A DNA stretch of 63,982 nt, the filler included, from an uncultured bacterium (GTDB taxonomy: Bacteria; CAYJOG01), in assembly GCA_964371695.1 (NCBI GenBank). It is 7 parts of 7 records of this genome, joined end to end, with 100 filler letters (N's around TTAATTAATTAA, not from the genome) between each part and the next. Parts side by side here need not be neighbours in the genome. Positions count along the whole stretch, not along the records: positions 56,889 to 63,982 come from CAYJOG010000143.1; 6 more parts are not named here. The stretch is one strand, 5' to 3'. Below the pieces are notes generated by a model, which searched no databases, was not told the origin of the DNA, and saw nothing but the letters and a program-made list of their open reading frames with translations. Both the position numbers and the translations under genes were made by a program. Every line of letters begins with the position of its first letter. Position 1 is the stretch's first letter. Shown here one piece after another: positions 61,956 through 63,982 of the stretch.

Positions 61956-62138
61956 GAGCCTGTTTTAAAATTGCGCCCTGTGGAACATGGTGTAATTCAA
62001 ACAGGCTCTTGCGGTTATGGATGACCGCACCCGAAAACCGAAACTTGGAAGAAGTTGAGGTTTTCGCCACGCCGAGGGGGCTTTGCCCCCGATGGCGTTG
62101 GGTTTTAAAAGTCCACGACGGACTTTTAAAACAGGTTT
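61956..62138 (-). mobile_element. MITE-like structured element, copy 3 (183 bp, inverted relative to copy 2)
   Basis: GAGCCTGTTTTAAAA ... TTTTAAAACAGGTTT; the reverse complement aligns with copy 2 across the core. Confidence 0.85.
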
Positions 62139-62141
62139 TGC

Positions 62142-62202
62142 GTAGCGGCGATGTCCTCATCGCCGTTATGTGCCTGCGCGGTGAGGACACCGCGCCTACT
62201 CC
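62142..62202. repeat. GTAG-type REP doublet (REPIN-like)
   Basis: GTAG-cggcgatgtcctcatcgccg ... gcgcggtgaggacaccgcgc-CTACTCC; inverse of 59548-59611. Confidence 0.85.
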
Positions 62203-62222
62203 ACATGGTTCATGAAAATGCT

Positions 62223-62492
62223 TTAACCGGCGCTTTTGCCCGCCGCCAGCTTTTTGGCCAAGCGGCTTTTCAACCGGTTCACTGTCTCTTTTTTATAAAC
62301 CCCTTTGGTGTGGCCCTTGTCCAGTTCCTTCAGGGCGGTTTTCACCACATCGGCCTGGTTTTCGGCCCCGGCAGAGAGCACCTGACGGGCCTCTTTGGTG
62401 GCGTTGCGCACCCGTGTGCGCACGGCGCGATTGCGGTCGCGGGCTTTTTCAGACTGTTTCAGGCGCTTCTTGGCGCTTTTGGTATTGGGCAT
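62223..62492 (-). CDS. rpsT: 30S ribosomal protein S20
   Basis: 'MPNTKSAKKRLKQSEKARDRN...KGVYKKETVNRLKSRL'; GGGAGG RBS. Confidence 0.95.
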   Translation of the reverse strand: MPNTKSAKKRLKQSEKARDRNRAVRTRVRNATKEARQVLSAGAENQADVVKTALKELDKGHTKGVYKKETVNRLKSRLAKKLAAGKSAG

Positions 62493-62601
62493 GACGATTC
62501 CTCCCCGTTTACAAAGGAGCGGCAGTGTAACGGCAAAGCGCTCCCGGCTCAAGGGCTCTATTCATCCACTCAAAATTGGGCTCATCTGATAAATTACATC
62601 T

Positions 62602-63324
62602 ATGACAACCCGCCCCATGGTGATTGGCCATCGTGGCTCGCCCCGCAAGGCCCCGGAAAACTCCCTGTCGGGTTTTCTGATTGCCTTTGAAGATGGCGCG
62701 GACATGGTGGAACTGGACGTGCGGCTGAATCAGGACGGCACCCCCATGGTGTTTCACGACGACACCCTGCCCCGCATGGTGGGCCAGCCAGGGCGGCTGG
62801 ATCACCTGAGCGACGAAGACTGCCGCCTGGCCTTCATTGGCCGCCGCCACGGGGGCGCGTTCCGCCGCGAGCCGATCCCCCCTCTGCTCAGGGTGCTGGA
62901 AGAAGTCAAACGCCTGGGCGGCCGGGTGAACATCGAGATCAAGGAAACCCGCGCCGTGGAGCCGGTGGTGCGGCTGGTGCAGCGCCTGCGCCTGCACGAT
63001 CAAGTGCTCGTCAGCGCCTTTGACTGGCGGGCGCTGGAAAAAGTGCGGCGGCAAGACGCAGGCATCGCCCTAGGCGCGCTGTATCAGTTTCACCTCATGC
63101 CTCTCTCGGCCCTGCGCCACGGCGTGAGCGCCCTGCACCCCTATCATTTTTCGGTGCTGCCCGGCCACGTGCCCCTGGCCCACAGTCTGGGCCTGCTGGT
63201 GAACACATGGACCGTGAACCTGCCCCGCGACTGGCATCGGCTGATTGAAAACGGTGTGGACGGTCTGATCACCGACACCCCCGGCCTGCTGGTGAAATGG
63301 CTGGAAGAAAACTTGGCGGGGTAG
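62602..63324 (+). CDS. Glycerophosphodiester phosphodiesterase
   Basis: 'GHRG..APENS', 'ELDV', 'HDD', 'NIEIK', 'WTVN' and 'GVDGLITD'. Confidence 0.92.
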   Translation: MTTRPMVIGHRGSPRKAPENSLSGFLIAFEDGADMVELDVRLNQDGTPMVFHDDTLPRMVGQPGRLDHLSDEDCRLAFIGRRHGGAFRREPIPPLLRVLEEVKRLGGRVNIEIKETRAVEPVVRLVQRLRLHDQVLVSAFDWRALEKVRRQDAGIALGALYQFHLMPLSALRHGVSALHPYHFSVLPGHVPLAHSLGLLVNTWTVNLPRDWHRLIENGVDGLITDTPGLLVKWLEENLAG

Positions 63325-63482
63325 CGCTGAGTAATGGGGCGCGGGAAGGGTTTTGGGATTGCGTCCGCATATTGAAGATGCCGGGCGCACCCAGCGGCAC
63401 GACAGTGCCGGGGCAAAACAAAAAAAAACAGTTTTTGGTGGGGCAGGCATCTTGCCTGCCTGAAAAAAAGAACAAAAATCCA

Positions 63483-63545
63483 ATTTGGTTTTTTGCTTTT
63501 GAATAAACCCCTCACCCCAACCCTCTCCCTCAAGGGGAGAGGGGG
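63483..63545. repeat. Half REP element of the CCCTCTCCC family with a conserved A/T spacer
   Basis: CCCCTCACCCCAACCCTCTCCCTCAAGGGGAGAGGGGG; the adjacent spacer is the reverse complement of 9637-9659. Confidence 0.85.
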
Positions 63546-63618
63546 TCGAGGGCGTTCTGTTGTTCGGTTAACGGGCGCGACAAGGCGGAAAACTGTGCAT
63601 AAACTTACACAAAATTAC

Positions 63619-63982
63619 CTACTCCTCCGTCACGCCCATCACCGACATCAACATCAGCGTGTCGTCGTCCTGCATGTAAGAAAAAGCCTCGGCCACTTCG
63701 TCACCTTTTTCAGCACTGGTGGTTTGGGTGGACGCCTCCGGGGTTTCCAGCCCCACCTCTTCACCCAGCACTTCGGCCAGTTCGTGACCCTGGGCGGTGG
63801 CGGCATCTCCCAGGGCAGACACCTGGGCCGGGCGCTCACCCCACACCGCAAGATAACCCTTCTGATTGGCCCACAGGCCCAGCACCAGGGCAAAAGCCGC
63901 CGCCATGGGCAACCACACCCTCATGGCGTGGCGCGCCGGATGAAGGCGGCGGTCCAGCCCCCGCTGCCACCGTGCCCAGGCC
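63619..63982 (-). CDS. 3' part of a single-pass membrane protein (possibly anti-sigma-factor-like)
   Basis: The frame is open to the window edge; TM segment 'WLPMAAAFALVLGLW' followed by an acidic tail. Confidence 0.5.
   Translation of the reverse strand, partial: AWARWQRGLDRRLHPARHAMRVWLPMAAAFALVLGLWANQKGYLAVWGERPAQVSALGDAATAQGHELAEVLGEEVGLETPEASTQTTSAEKGDEVAEAFSYMQDDDTLMLMSVMGVTEE

Noticed and set aside
61891-62215. Small ORFs at 61891-62190 and 62009-62215 (also 60347-60625)
   Set aside because: They are translations of the MITE/REP repeats, not independent genes.
63376-63461. AAGATGCC..CACCC / GGTGGGGCAGGCATCTTGCCTGCC possible third REP family
   Set aside because: Only one degenerate occurrence in the window, so repeat status cannot be supported.
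1-63982. tRNA, rRNA, integrase, transposase, reverse transcriptase or cas genes
   Set aside because: None recognised on either strand by inspection; tRNAscan-SE/Infernal would be needed to exclude small RNAs formally.

Overview
This window is not one contiguous locus. It is seven roughly 9 kb contigs of a GC-rich, flagellated, LPS-producing bacterium, probably a MAG. They are joined by 100-bp N44-TTAATTAATTAA-N44 linkers (9487-9586, 19019-19118, 28513-28612, 37991-38090, 47463-47562, 56789-56888). Housekeeping content includes tatD, flaG-fliD-orf-fliS with a sigma28-type promoter, mnmE, bcp, waaF-like GT9, bioA, ccmABC, argGH, cdaA, mtaB, rpsT and two Maf/DUF115 flagellin glycosyltransferases. 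There are three very large secreted proteins: an Ig-like/DUF11/SdrD-B protein, an FN3 protein with Asp-rich inserts, and an S8 protease with a premature stop. The most unusual signals are five. (1) A structured, roughly 170-183 bp MITE-like family with three GAGCCTGTT repeats, covarying hairpins and a variable terminal cassette; one copy is nested in a REP palindrome and read in frame in the N-terminus of a 2442-aa gene, and two copies bracket mtaB. (2) An ADP-ribosyltransferase-like gene plus a small partner inserted between ccmA and ccmB (candidate toxin-antitoxin pair). (3) An AT-richer class III nucleotide-cyclase-like gene coupled to a HEPN-MNT pair next to mnmE. (4) A hairpin array at 39161-39349 with three repeated AA/GC(C/A) internal loops (candidate structured RNA or repeat). 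(5) Two REP/REPIN families.
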